64,000 nucleotides of DNA from Candidatus Latescibacterota bacterium (GTDB taxonomy: Bacteria > Latescibacterota > UBA2968 > UBA8231): the NCBI GenBank assembly GCA_963422735.1, contig OY730476.1, positions 3,360,001 through 3,424,000 on the forward strand. Reading direction: 5' to 3'. Below, in pieces: positions 50,171-57,598 of this stretch (its first letter is position 1; each line of letters begins with the position of its first letter). A model generated the notes under the pieces. That model saw only the letters and a program-made list of their open reading frames with translations. It made no database searches and was not told where the DNA came from. The translations under genes and the position numbers were made by a program.

Positions 50171-50959
50171 ATGACCTCACGCATCACAAGAGGCGAGCTG
50201 GCGGCGGCCGGCTTCCAAGCCGGCCAGGCATGGCTCACTAAGGCCTCCCTTTTGGGCCTTAGCACCCCGTGGACGGCCGCTGGTGTGGCCGGCATCAGCC
50301 TGCTGCATGCCTTCTTCAACAATCCCAAACCCACCGTAGCCTTAGACGATGGCCAGCAGTCGCCCGACAAGGCGCAGACCTATCCCGACGAGCCGCCCTT
50401 CGCCCAATGGGCCATCGGCCCTGCGCTGGTCGGCGGAGCCATCGTCTATGCCCACATCAACCGCTTCAAGGGGCCAAACGATAAGAAGCGGCGCAAGGTG
50501 CTGCATCTGGCTATTGCGCTGACCGAAGGCAGCCTGCCAGAGCCTGACATCCTATACGTCTGGATCAATGGACGGCGAACGGAGTATGAACGACAGGAAA
50601 CTTCGGACGGCCACCTGAATCCGGATGGGACGACCACCGACTGGTATGAGCCGGTATCGGACGATTCCGGTGCGAGAGTGTTTGTGGGATATGGGGACGA
50701 TAGTAATGGTGAGTGGAAGTTTACATCGATATGGCCCCTAAAAAATGAGTATTGGTCTCCCCGCGCCGGCGATATCCACATAAGCCCCCGAAAGTCCGTT
50801 CAAGATAAAGATAACTTCGTCCTTCGGGTCGTCAGTCGGTTCATCAAAAAAACCGATGGTGCTATGGAGTTAAAGACCATTAAAGAGGTCTACTTTAACC
50901 CCCTAGAGGTCAGTGTTATGCACTCAAGCACAACCACGGCAGCTACGCGCTCAAGATAA
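50171..50959 (+). CDS. Tail tip / host-specificity protein N-terminal part (truncated or frameshifted)
   Basis: [13 protein letters not shown]...[10 protein letters not shown]...VWING TipJ-like N-terminus; only 262 aa. Confidence 0.6.
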   Translation: MTSRITRGELAAAGFQAGQAWLTKASLLGLSTPWTAAGVAGISLLHAFFNNPKPTVALDDGQQSPDKAQTYPDEPPFAQWAIGPALVGGAIVYAHINRFKGPNDKKRRKVLHLAIALTEGSLPEPDILYVWINGRRTEYERQETSDGHLNPDGTTTDWYEPVSDDSGARVFVGYGDDSNGEWKFTSIWPLKNEYWSPRAGDIHISPRKSVQDKDNFVLRVVSRFIKKTDGAMELKTIKEVYFNPLEVSVMHSSTTTAATRSR

Positions 50960-51582
50960 ACGCCGCTACCGACCACAACCATGCGGCCTACGCATCCAAA
51001 AGCCACAACCACAGCGGCTTCACTTCTTGGGCGACCTTTGCGGCCCATAAGCACGACGCCACCTACGCCGCCAAGAGCCACCGCCATAGCCACGCCCATA
51101 GCTCTGAGCAGTGGTTTGCTCAGCACAACCACTCGGCCTACGCGCTCAAAAGCCACAACCACAGCGGCTTCACTTCTTGGGCGACCTTTGCGGCCCATAA
51201 GCACGACGCCACCTACGCCGCCAAGAGCCACCGCCATAGCCACGCCCATAGCTCTGAGCAGTGGTTTGTTCAGCACGGCCACACCGCCTACGCACCCAAG
51301 AGCCATAGCCATCCAACCCTCAAGGGCGACAAGGGAGACAAAGGGGACAAGGGCGATCAAGGACTGCGCGGCTACCGGGGCTTCAAAGGTGACAAGGGCG
51401 ACAAGGGCGACAAGGGCGACAAGGGCGACAAGGGCGACAAAGGCGATAGGGGAGCGCCCGGCGTCCAGCATTCGCATCCGTATGCTCACTATAGCCATGG
51501 CCATGGTTCGCACGGCCATTCAGGGTTCGTTGTCATTAACGGCGTACATTACTCAGTCGCTATTAGTAGCAGTTCCGTATAG
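50899..51582 (+). CDS. His-rich (HxH) and collagen-like (GDK)n tail fibre segment, -1 frame, no obvious start
   Basis: Manual translation [17 protein letters not shown]...SHRHSHAH...(GDK)n...[17 protein letters not shown]...SSSV*; TAA at 50896 directly upstream. Confidence 0.75.
   Translation, partial: PPRGQCYALKHNHGSYALKINAATDHNHAAYASKSHNHSGFTSWATFAAHKHDATYAAKSHRHSHAHSSEQWFAQHNHSAYALKSHNHSGFTSWATFAAHKHDATYAAKSHRHSHAHSSEQWFVQHGHTAYAPKSHSHPTLKGDKGDKGDKGDQGLRGYRGFKGDKGDKGDKGDKGDKGDKGDRGAPGVQHSHPYAHYSHGHGSHGHSGFVVINGVHYSVAISSSSV
50974..51273 (+). repeat. 150-bp tandem duplication (2 copies, 50 aa)
   Basis: Sequence starting at 51001 recurs at 51151 with ~120 bp identical. Confidence 0.9.
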
Positions 51583-51621
51583 TCAACTATCTCAACGTTT
51601 ACCCCCAGAAGGGAGACGACC

Positions 51622-51918
51622 ATGTCTCAACCTATTCAGCAACGACTGCAAGGGGCACTGACTCAACAAAACGAGTTAGTCCAAACTTGGACGAACTATA
51701 TCCAAGAGAAAGAGGAGGAGGCGGACTTTTGGACTAAGGAGGCCGCCGCGGCCAAAGACACCAACCCGCAGAAAGCCGAATGTTTCACCTGCTGTGCGAA
51801 GAACGCACGGGAGGAGGTCGAGCGCGGCCAGCTCGAAAGGCAAGCCCTCCTCGATACGACCACCCCCTTGCAAACCGCGCTGGACGAACTGGCCACCGCG
51901 AAGGAGCCGGCCGAATGA
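51622..51918 (+). CDS. Phage hypothetical coiled-coil protein
   Basis: GGGAG RBS; 98 aa. Confidence 0.6.
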   Translation: MSQPIQQRLQGALTQQNELVQTWTNYIQEKEEEADFWTKEAAAAKDTNPQKAECFTCCAKNAREEVERGQLERQALLDTTTPLQTALDELATAKEPAE

Positions 51919-52118
51919 GTGGCGGAAGTTGGGAGTATCAGTATCAGGCAGTGCGCAGGCTCGGTGAACAGTTGACCGAAGAAGGCGACCCCTTGCGCCG
52001 GGCCTTGGGCGAGCACTTGTTGGTCTGTGCCGAAGCCTGTCGGCTCATTGAGTGGTCCGACTCCGGCGACAGCCCCCCGGACGGATGGCGAGAGGCCGTC
52101 GAGGAGATTGTACAATGA
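51915..52118 (+). CDS. Phage hypothetical protein
   Basis: MSGGSWEYQY...IEWSDSGD; ATGA overlaps at both ends. Confidence 0.65.
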   Translation: MSGGSWEYQYQAVRRLGEQLTEEGDPLRRALGEHLLVCAEACRLIEWSDSGDSPPDGWREAVEEIVQ

Positions 52119-52432
52119 ACCCGAATGACAAAGAGCAAATCGTCGCCGTCGCCGCAACGTTGGGCGCGGCCACAACCCCTCAAGAGGAGGCCGATGCCCT
52201 CGAAAGCCTCCAGGGCTTGCTCGGCCAGCAGGGCGACGACGACGCGCTGGATCAGCTTCACCAGCACCTGAGCGGACTCTACCACAACCTTGAGCACCAA
52301 TGCGAGGCGACGCGCAAAGAGCTCGGCCCGATTGGGCTGATTATCGGCTTGGAGCGTCTGTCGGCGCAGTGCGAGATCCTCAAGCCGATCGTAGCGCAAT
52401 TAGATACGCTGCGACCGAAACCCTCATCCTAA
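52115..52432 (+). CDS. Phage hypothetical protein
   Basis: GAGGAG RBS; ATGA overlap. Confidence 0.6.
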   Translation: MNPNDKEQIVAVAATLGAATTPQEEADALESLQGLLGQQGDDDALDQLHQHLSGLYHNLEHQCEATRKELGPIGLIIGLERLSAQCEILKPIVAQLDTLRPKPSS

Positions 52433-52444
52433 AGGAGCCGTCTC

Positions 52445-52591
52445 TTGCTGGCTCATATCGCTGCGGGCGGCCTCGTCGAGGTCGTTGACGCGCTGGTTCA
52501 CCTTGTGACGGTCTTCGGCGGCGGGCTGATGGCCGTGCTGCCCGCCGCCTTCTATGCGCTCTGGCAGCGCATCCGCAGAAAGAGAACGTAG
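52445..52591 (+). CDS. 48-aa hydrophobic protein with basic tail
   Basis: AAGGAG + TTG; MLAHIAAGGLVEVVDALVHLVTVFGGGLMAVLPAAFYALWQRIRRKRT. Confidence 0.5.
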   Translation: MLAHIAAGGLVEVVDALVHLVTVFGGGLMAVLPAAFYALWQRIRRKRT

Positions 52592-52611
52592 CGCAGCGTC
52601 CTTCCATCACT

Positions 52612-54948
52612 TTACGGACACCAAGATAGCCCTAGGTCGTTTAAGTCGTGCGACGGTATATCTTGCAACGCTTCTGGGATGCACCCCGTCAACTCGTTGC
52701 TGTTAAGGAATAGCCATTCTAGGTTTTGGAGTTGGCCTAGCTCCGCCGGGATCGAACCCGTCAACCCGTTGTAGCTAAGGTCTAGCCATTCTAGGTTTGG
52801 GAGTTGGCCTAGCTCCGCCGGGATCGAACCCGTCAACTCGTTGCCGTTAAGGAATAGCCATCCCAGGTTTGGGAGTTGGCCTAGCTCCGCCGGGATCGAA
52901 CCCGTCAACTCGTTGCTGTTAAGGAATAGCCATTCTAGGTTTTGGAGTTGGCCTAGCTCCGCCGGGATCGAACCCGTCAACCCGTTGTCTTCAAGGTCTA
53001 GCCATTCTAGGTTTGGGAGTTGGCCTAGCTCCGCCGGGATCGAACCCGTCAACCCGTTGCCGTTAAGGTCTAGCCGTTGCAGGTGTTGGAGTTGGCCTAG
53101 CTCCGCCGGGATCGAACCCGTCAACCCGTTGTCTTCAAGGTCTAGCCATTCTAGGTTTGGGAGTTGGCCTAGCTCCGCCGGGATCGAACCCGTCAACCCG
53201 TTGCCGTTAAGGTCTAGCCGTTGCAGGTGTTGGAGTTGGCCTAGCTCCGCCGGGATCGAACCCGTCAACTCGTTGCCGTTAAGGGATAGCCATCCCAGGT
53301 TTGGGAGTTGGCCTAGCTCCGCCGGGATCGAACCCGTCAACCCGTTGCCGTTAAGGTCTAGCGCTCCCAGGTTTTGGAGTTGGCCTAGCTCCGCCGGGAT
53401 CGAACCCGTCAACCCGTTGCCGTTAAGGTCTAGCGCTCCCAGGTTTTGGAGTTGGCCTAGCTCCGCCGGGATCGAACCCGTCAACTCGTTGCTGTTAAGG
53501 GATAGCCATTCTAGGTTTTGGAGTTGGCCTAGCTCCGCCGGGATCGAACCCGTCAACTCGTTGCTGTTAAGGAATAGCCATTCTAGGTTTTGGAGTTGGC
53601 CTAGCTCCGCCGGGATCGAACCCGTCAACTCGTTGCTGTTAAGGAATAGCCATTCTAGGTTTTGGAGTTGGCCTAGCTCCGCCGGGATCGAACCCGTCAA
53701 CCCGTTGACGCCAAGGGATAGCCGTTGCAGGTTTTGGAGTTGGCCTAGCTCCGCCGGGATCGAACCCGTCAACCCGTTGTCTTCAAGGTCTAGCCATTCT
53801 AGGTTTTGGAGTTGGCCTAGCTCCGCCGGGATCGAACCCGTCAACCCGTTGTCGAAGAGGGATAGGGTATCGACTCGCCCTTCGTCATCCGTAGTAACGC
53901 CATGCCATTGCTCAAGCGGTTCTGTGCTGAGCCAGTTGGTGTCGTTATTCCAGTTAGGGCCGCCGGTAGCCCAATAGAGCGCGACCAACACCGCCCGATC
54001 GGCAGCGGCAGCGGGACCTGTCAGCGGCAGCCCGATCCCCGCCGGCAGGGACGGATCGGACGGATCAACCACATAGGTGGCAATCAGATAGGCGTCGGTG
54101 AAATCAATCGCGTCATCGCCGTTCACATCGCCGAACCAGAGGTCGGGAACAGCCGCCGCCGGGTTAACGCTGTATATCGCCAGCATCAGCGCATCAACTA
54201 TATCTACCCGACCGTTGCCGTCCACATCGCCTAACAGCCCGCTGCTGAGCCGCTTTCCGCGTGGCAGCCGATCCGCCGCGTCCACGACCCACTCCACCGG
54301 AGCCATCCCCGTCCGCCACCGAAAGCTCGCGTCCACATACGGCACCAAGCCCGCACCGGCCACGGCCACGCCATACGTCCGCTCCACCGCTACCGGAGCC
54401 GGTGGCGGCGCCGCCCCCAAAGCCGCCGGAATCCCGGCCTGCCCATCGACCAGCACCATCCGCCCACTCGCGGCCAGCCCGCCGCTGCTGAGCCGATAGA
54501 GGTACACCCCGGCACCCACCGCACGACCGGCCGCATCCGTGCCGTCCCAACGTGCGGTGTGCGCTCCGGCCGGCTGGTGGGCATCCACTAACGAAGCCAC
54601 CTGTTGCCCCAGCAGGTTAAACACCTCTAGCCGTACGTAGCCCGCCGCCGGCAGTTGGTAGGGAATCCTCGTCGAAGGGTTAAATGGGTTCGGGTAATTC
54701 GGCCCCAGCACCAAGCCGTCCGGCGGCGCAGAGCCTGCGGACAAGGACGGCAACGACAGCGCGAAATGGCCGGCCTCGTCGGTGGTGGCCCCCACGGAGC
54801 GGCGCAGATCGGATAGGTCGAACAGCCGCACGTGGGCGGCCACCACCGGCTCGCCCGAAGGAAGGCGTACCCACCCTTCAACCAGCGGTTCGGCCAAGAC
54901 CCGAGCCGACAATGACAGCCCGACAAAAATGGCAAATAATACGTTCAT
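52612..54948 (-). CDS. Secreted leucine-rich repeat protein (FlgD/Ig-like + dockerin-like + LRR N-cap + 17 plant-type 24-aa LRRs)
   Basis: Signal peptide MNVLFAIFVGLSLSARVLA; PNYPNPFNPST...WDGTD...GVYLY; GDVDGNGRVDIVDA; DRAVLVALYWATGGPNW; LTGSIPAELGQL x16. Confidence 0.92.
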   Translation of the reverse strand: MNVLFAIFVGLSLSARVLAEPLVEGWVRLPSGEPVVAAHVRLFDLSDLRRSVGATTDEAGHFALSLPSLSAGSAPPDGLVLGPNYPNPFNPSTRIPYQLPAAGYVRLEVFNLLGQQVASLVDAHQPAGAHTARWDGTDAAGRAVGAGVYLYRLSSGGLAASGRMVLVDGQAGIPAALGAAPPPAPVAVERTYGVAVAGAGLVPYVDASFRWRTGMAPVEWVVDAADRLPRGKRLSSGLLGDVDGNGRVDIVDALMLAIYSVNPAAAVPDLWFGDVNGDDAIDFTDAYLIATYVVDPSDPSLPAGIGLPLTGPAAAADRAVLVALYWATGGPNWNNDTNWLSTEPLEQWHGVTTDDEGRVDTLSLFDNGLTGSIPAELGQLQNLEWLDLEDNGLTGSIPAELGQLQNLQRLSLGVNGLTGSIPAELGQLQNLEWLFLNSNELTGSIPAELGQLQNLEWLFLNSNELTGSIPAELGQLQNLEWLSLNSNELTGSIPAELGQLQNLGALDLNGNGLTGSIPAELGQLQNLGALDLNGNGLTGSIPAELGQLPNLGWLSLNGNELTGSIPAELGQLQHLQRLDLNGNGLTGSIPAELGQLPNLEWLDLEDNGLTGSIPAELGQLQHLQRLDLNGNGLTGSIPAELGQLPNLEWLDLEDNGLTGSIPAELGQLQNLEWLFLNSNELTGSIPAELGQLPNLGWLFLNGNELTGSIPAELGQLPNLEWLDLSYNGLTGSIPAELGQLQNLEWLFLNSNELTGCIPEALQDIPSHDLNDLGLSWCP
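52685..53870 (-). repeat. 72-bp coding tandem repeat array (LRR units)
   Basis: Invariant 38-mer GGAGTTGGCCTAGCTCCGCCGGGATCGAACCCGTCAAC every 72 bp from 52728 to 53808 (16 copies). Confidence 0.95.
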
Positions 54949-54949
54949 A

Positions 54950-54986
54950 GTTTCAATCCGCTCCCCTCGCCCAAGTGAGGGGAGAC
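54950..54986 (-). CRISPR. Solitary 37-nt CRISPR-repeat-like unit (no array)
   Basis: GTCTCCCCTC-ACTTGGGC-GAGGGGAG-CGGATTGAAAC: GT start, 8-bp hairpin, ATTGAAAC end. Confidence 0.75.
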
Positions 54987-55076
54987 AACACAAACGATAC
55001 AAAAAACGCCGACATGGAAACATCACTAATAGAGACATAGCTTGGCCCTTGATTATCTAATAGTTATATTTATTAC

Positions 55077-55334
55077 ATGTTCACGGTAACGGTAGCTAAG
55101 GAAGCAAGGCGGCAGCTCCGCACGATGCCAAACAACGTGGAGAGAACCATCATCAGCAAGATTGAGCAACTATCCGCCGACCCCTTCGCCGCGAACAACA
55201 ACGTCTCCGCGCTGAAGCAAGGCGCGGGATTTCGACTCCGAGTCGGCGATTGGCGGGTGCTGTATGTCCTGGATTCGGAAGCGAAAACCATTACGGTCGC
55301 CACCATTCTGCCACGTGGAGAAGCCTACCGATGA
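55077..55334 (+). CDS. RelE/ParE family toxin
   Basis: FRLRVGDWRVLY...I.PRGEAY. Confidence 0.9.
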   Translation: MFTVTVAKEARRQLRTMPNNVERTIISKIEQLSADPFAANNNVSALKQGAGFRLRVGDWRVLYVLDSEAKTITVATILPRGEAYR

Positions 55335-55699
55335 CCCGCACCCCTCAAATCATTACCTTAGCCGGTGAGGAATACGCTATTGTCCCTCGCGCCGAATACG
55401 ATGCACTATGCACTGTCGTTGACGAAGACGCTTTGGATGCCGCCATCATCCGACACATCCTCGAGGACCCCGATCAGGAACTCGTGCCCCTCTCTCTGGC
55501 CAAGCGCATGGCCGATGGGGAACATCCGGTCCGGGTATGGCGTGAGTATCGCGGCATGAAAGCCAGCCAACTAGCCACTGCCGCCCACATCGCGGCGTCT
55601 TACCTATCCGATATAGAGCACGAGAAAAAGCCCGGGTCGATCAAAGCTATGAAGCGCATCGCGGCGGCACTCAACCTCACGGTGGACGATTTGATTTAG
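55331..55699 (+). CDS. XRE-HTH antitoxin
   Basis: HPVRVWREYRGM...YLSDIE...VDDLI; overlaps toxin stop. Confidence 0.85.
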   Translation: MTRTPQIITLAGEEYAIVPRAEYDALCTVVDEDALDAAIIRHILEDPDQELVPLSLAKRMADGEHPVRVWREYRGMKASQLATAAHIAASYLSDIEHEKKPGSIKAMKRIAAALNLTVDDLI

Positions 55700-55781
55700 G
55701 TTCAAGCGGCCCCGACCACGCCACCCGGCCGACGATGCGGTCGTCACGGCTGACGGGGCGCGGCGAAACTCGTTGTCGGCG

Positions 55782-56039
55782 TTACAGCTTGATAACGGCA
55801 ATGAGGATGCTGGTAATAGCCACCAGCGTGCCTATCGTCCAGATGAAATGGGCGTCAATGCGCTTGTTCGTCTCGGCTATCTGCTGACTCAACAGGCGGC
55901 TGGTCTCGTCGATACGCCGGTTGGTCTCAATCATCTGCTGGCGCAGGTCTTGGATGTCTTCGCGCAAGTACGAGATACCCCAATGCAGCTCGTCAGCCGC
56001 CGGCGCCGGACGGGGCTGAGGGTTGTCACCTTCGCTCAT
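55782..56039 (-). CDS. Small coiled-coil protein with C-terminal TM anchor (DUF1640/Bdr-like)
   Basis: ETNRRID/ETNKRID repeats; FIWTIGTLVAITSILIAVIKL; GAGGA RBS. Confidence 0.7.
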   Translation of the reverse strand: MSEGDNPQPRPAPAADELHWGISYLREDIQDLRQQMIETNRRIDETSRLLSQQIAETNKRIDAHFIWTIGTLVAITSILIAVIKL

Positions 56040-56066
56040 GGTTCCAATCGTTTCGTTCCTCGTGGC

Positions 56067-56357
56067 CTAGCCGGGCAAGCGGGATAAAATCAGCGTACCC
56101 AGCGCGAGCAATGTTGTAAGCTGAAGGCCGATGAGCCAACGGAAGTCGCGGCGGTGGTTGCTCTCAATCGTCTCCAAGCGACGGTGGACCGCCGCCACGT
56201 CTTGCCGCATATCCTGCCGCACCTGGGCAATGCCTTGTTCAATGCGGTCTAAGTGGGCGTTGGTCTGGCGGTTTTGCTCAGTTAGCTGCTCGGCGATGCC
56301 TTCCAATCGCCCGATGCGACGGTCGTGGTCTTGGGCTTGCGTGATAGGTTCCGACAT
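56067..56357 (-). CDS. Small coiled-coil protein with C-terminal TM anchor (paralog)
   Basis: RIGRLEG...DFRWLIGLQLTTLLALGTLIL. Confidence 0.7.
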   Translation of the reverse strand: MSEPITQAQDHDRRIGRLEGIAEQLTEQNRQTNAHLDRIEQGIAQVRQDMRQDVAAVHRRLETIESNHRRDFRWLIGLQLTTLLALGTLILSRLPG

Positions 56358-56368
56358 TATCGGCTACC

Positions 56369-56683
56369 TCATACTTCCGATTCCACCGCCAGCCGTTGCC
56401 TGGTGGTCTGCTCCCGGCGAGCCTGTGCAAGATCATAGCTTGCCTGCATCCGCATCCAATGCTCGGCGGTGCCCCAGCCGATGTGCTCCAAAGCCAGCGC
56501 CAAGTCCGCAGAGAGGTTAGCCCGACCGTTGACAAGGCACGAAAGCATTTCGCGTTCACAGCTCAAGCGAACCGCCGCCTCCGTAACATTCCAGCCCACC
56601 TCTTCCATATTCTCCCGGATCAATTCGCCCAGATGCGGCGGGTTCAGCATGGGGCCTGTACGGGGGCTATCATGGTTGCTCAT
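56369..56683 (-). CDS. higA: HigA family antitoxin
   Basis: NPPHLGELIRE...AEHWMRMQASYDL. Confidence 0.9.
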   Translation of the reverse strand: MSNHDSPRTGPMLNPPHLGELIRENMEEVGWNVTEAAVRLSCEREMLSCLVNGRANLSADLALALEHIGWGTAEHWMRMQASYDLAQARREQTTRQRLAVESEV

Positions 56684-56699
56684 CCGTCTTTCTCTCCAA

Positions 56700-56972
56700 T
56701 TAGTGGTAGTCGATCAGGTCCACCTCTACCGCCTCACCATCCTCAAAGCGGAACACCACCCGCCAGTTGCCGGATACGCGTACGCTCCATTGACCCACCC
56801 TTCCCCCCTTCAAAGGATGCAGCCGGAAGCCGGGGGCGTCCGCGCTGCCGGGATGGGTTGCCTCTTGTAGCCGAAACAGAATGCGTCGGAGCCGGGACAC
56901 CAAGCCCGCCGGCAGCCGGGCCGGGTCGTCCCGCTCATGCAGGCTCCGCAGGCCTTTGTGCCTGATCTTCAC
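56700..56972 (-). CDS. higB: HigB (plasmid maintenance killer) toxin
   Basis: RHKGLR...PGFRLHPLKG...WSVRVSGNWRVVFRF...DLIDYH. Confidence 0.9.
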   Translation of the reverse strand: MKIRHKGLRSLHERDDPARLPAGLVSRLRRILFRLQEATHPGSADAPGFRLHPLKGGRVGQWSVRVSGNWRVVFRFEDGEAVEVDLIDYH

Positions 56973-57034
56973 GGATCAAATGTACTTTGTTCCAATGTTG
57001 GGTTTCAATCCGTAATCTCCTGCCTCACACTGGT

Positions 57035-57595
57035 TCATGGCTGGATTAGTTCAGCTTCAACAGGATAGACACCAGCAAGCCCACCACGCCAAATAGGATA
57101 CCGACAAGCCAGCGGAACTGACTGTCTGCACGGCGGCCTTGCTCTTGGATGGCCCGCTCGATGCCGTCTAGTCTGCGTCTGCTTTAAGTCCGCCAATACC
57201 TGCCCGGTATAGAGGCTGTAGATGCTGCCAAGCTCAGCAGCAATGCGCGGCTTAGCCGATTGCAAGAAGGGGAGAGTCGCGTCGTACGTAAAGGACACAG
57301 CGTTGGGCGCGACCCTTAGTCCGCGCCACGTTTCGACACGAGCTTGATCTTTAGCTTGAACCTTATGTTGAACAAGGAGACCAACTAGCACCAACGTGAC
57401 AGCAGCAGCCAGTAACAAGTTGCCATCGCCACCGCCACTACCACCACCGCCACCGTGGCAATGATAGGGCTTACTTCCAGCGTGGCACCCATACTTATCG
57501 GTCCCTCCACTATGTGCGTATAAAATCGTCGCCTCGGCCAACAATACCATCCCTAAAATAAATGCGATCATCCTTGTCTTACCCCTTCGTCTCAT
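57035..57595 (-). CDS. YHYH-motif exported/membrane protein, probably 3'-truncated
   Basis: Signal peptide, HSGGTDKYGCH...YHCH, TM, TWRGLRVAP...IYSLYTG; C-terminal ~45 aa look out of frame. Confidence 0.6.
   Translation of the reverse strand: MRRRGKTRMIAFILGMVLLAEATILYAHSGGTDKYGCHAGSKPYHCHGGGGGSGGGDGNLLLAAAVTLVLVGLLVQHKVQAKDQARVETWRGLRVAPNAVSFTYDATLPFLQSAKPRIAAELGSIYSLYTGQVLADLKQTQTRRHRAGHPRARPPCRQSVPLACRYPIWRGGLAGVYPVEAELIQP
57046..57171 (-). pseudogene. Remnant of a third coiled-coil/C-terminal-TM paralog
   Basis: LDGIERAIQEQGRRADSQFRWLVGILFGVVGLLVSILLKLN*; in-frame TAA at 57184-86 and no start. Confidence 0.65.
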
Positions 57596-57598
57596 GGT

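Noticed and set aside
50974-51273. Diversity-generating retroelement TR/VR pair in the fibre gene
   Set aside because: The copies are adjacent and in frame, differences are not adenine-specific, and there is no reverse transcriptase in the window.
50890-51661. ORF-track proteins 50981..51661(+) and 50890..51519(-)
   Set aside because: Shadow frames of the His/collagen repeat; the third frame gives recognisable fibre motifs.
52728-53845. CRISPR-array-like pattern (38-bp constant + 34-bp variable, 16 times)
   Set aside because: The 'spacers' resemble each other, the period is exactly 24 codons, and the array is the in-frame LRR coding region.
52841-53977. 378-aa plus-strand repeat ORF
   Set aside because: Antisense shadow of the LRR array.
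57002-57030. Third CRISPR-like end (CGGATTGAAAC on the minus strand)
   Set aside because: Only 11 nt match and there is no hairpin; TTGAAA fits the -35 box of the higB promoter.
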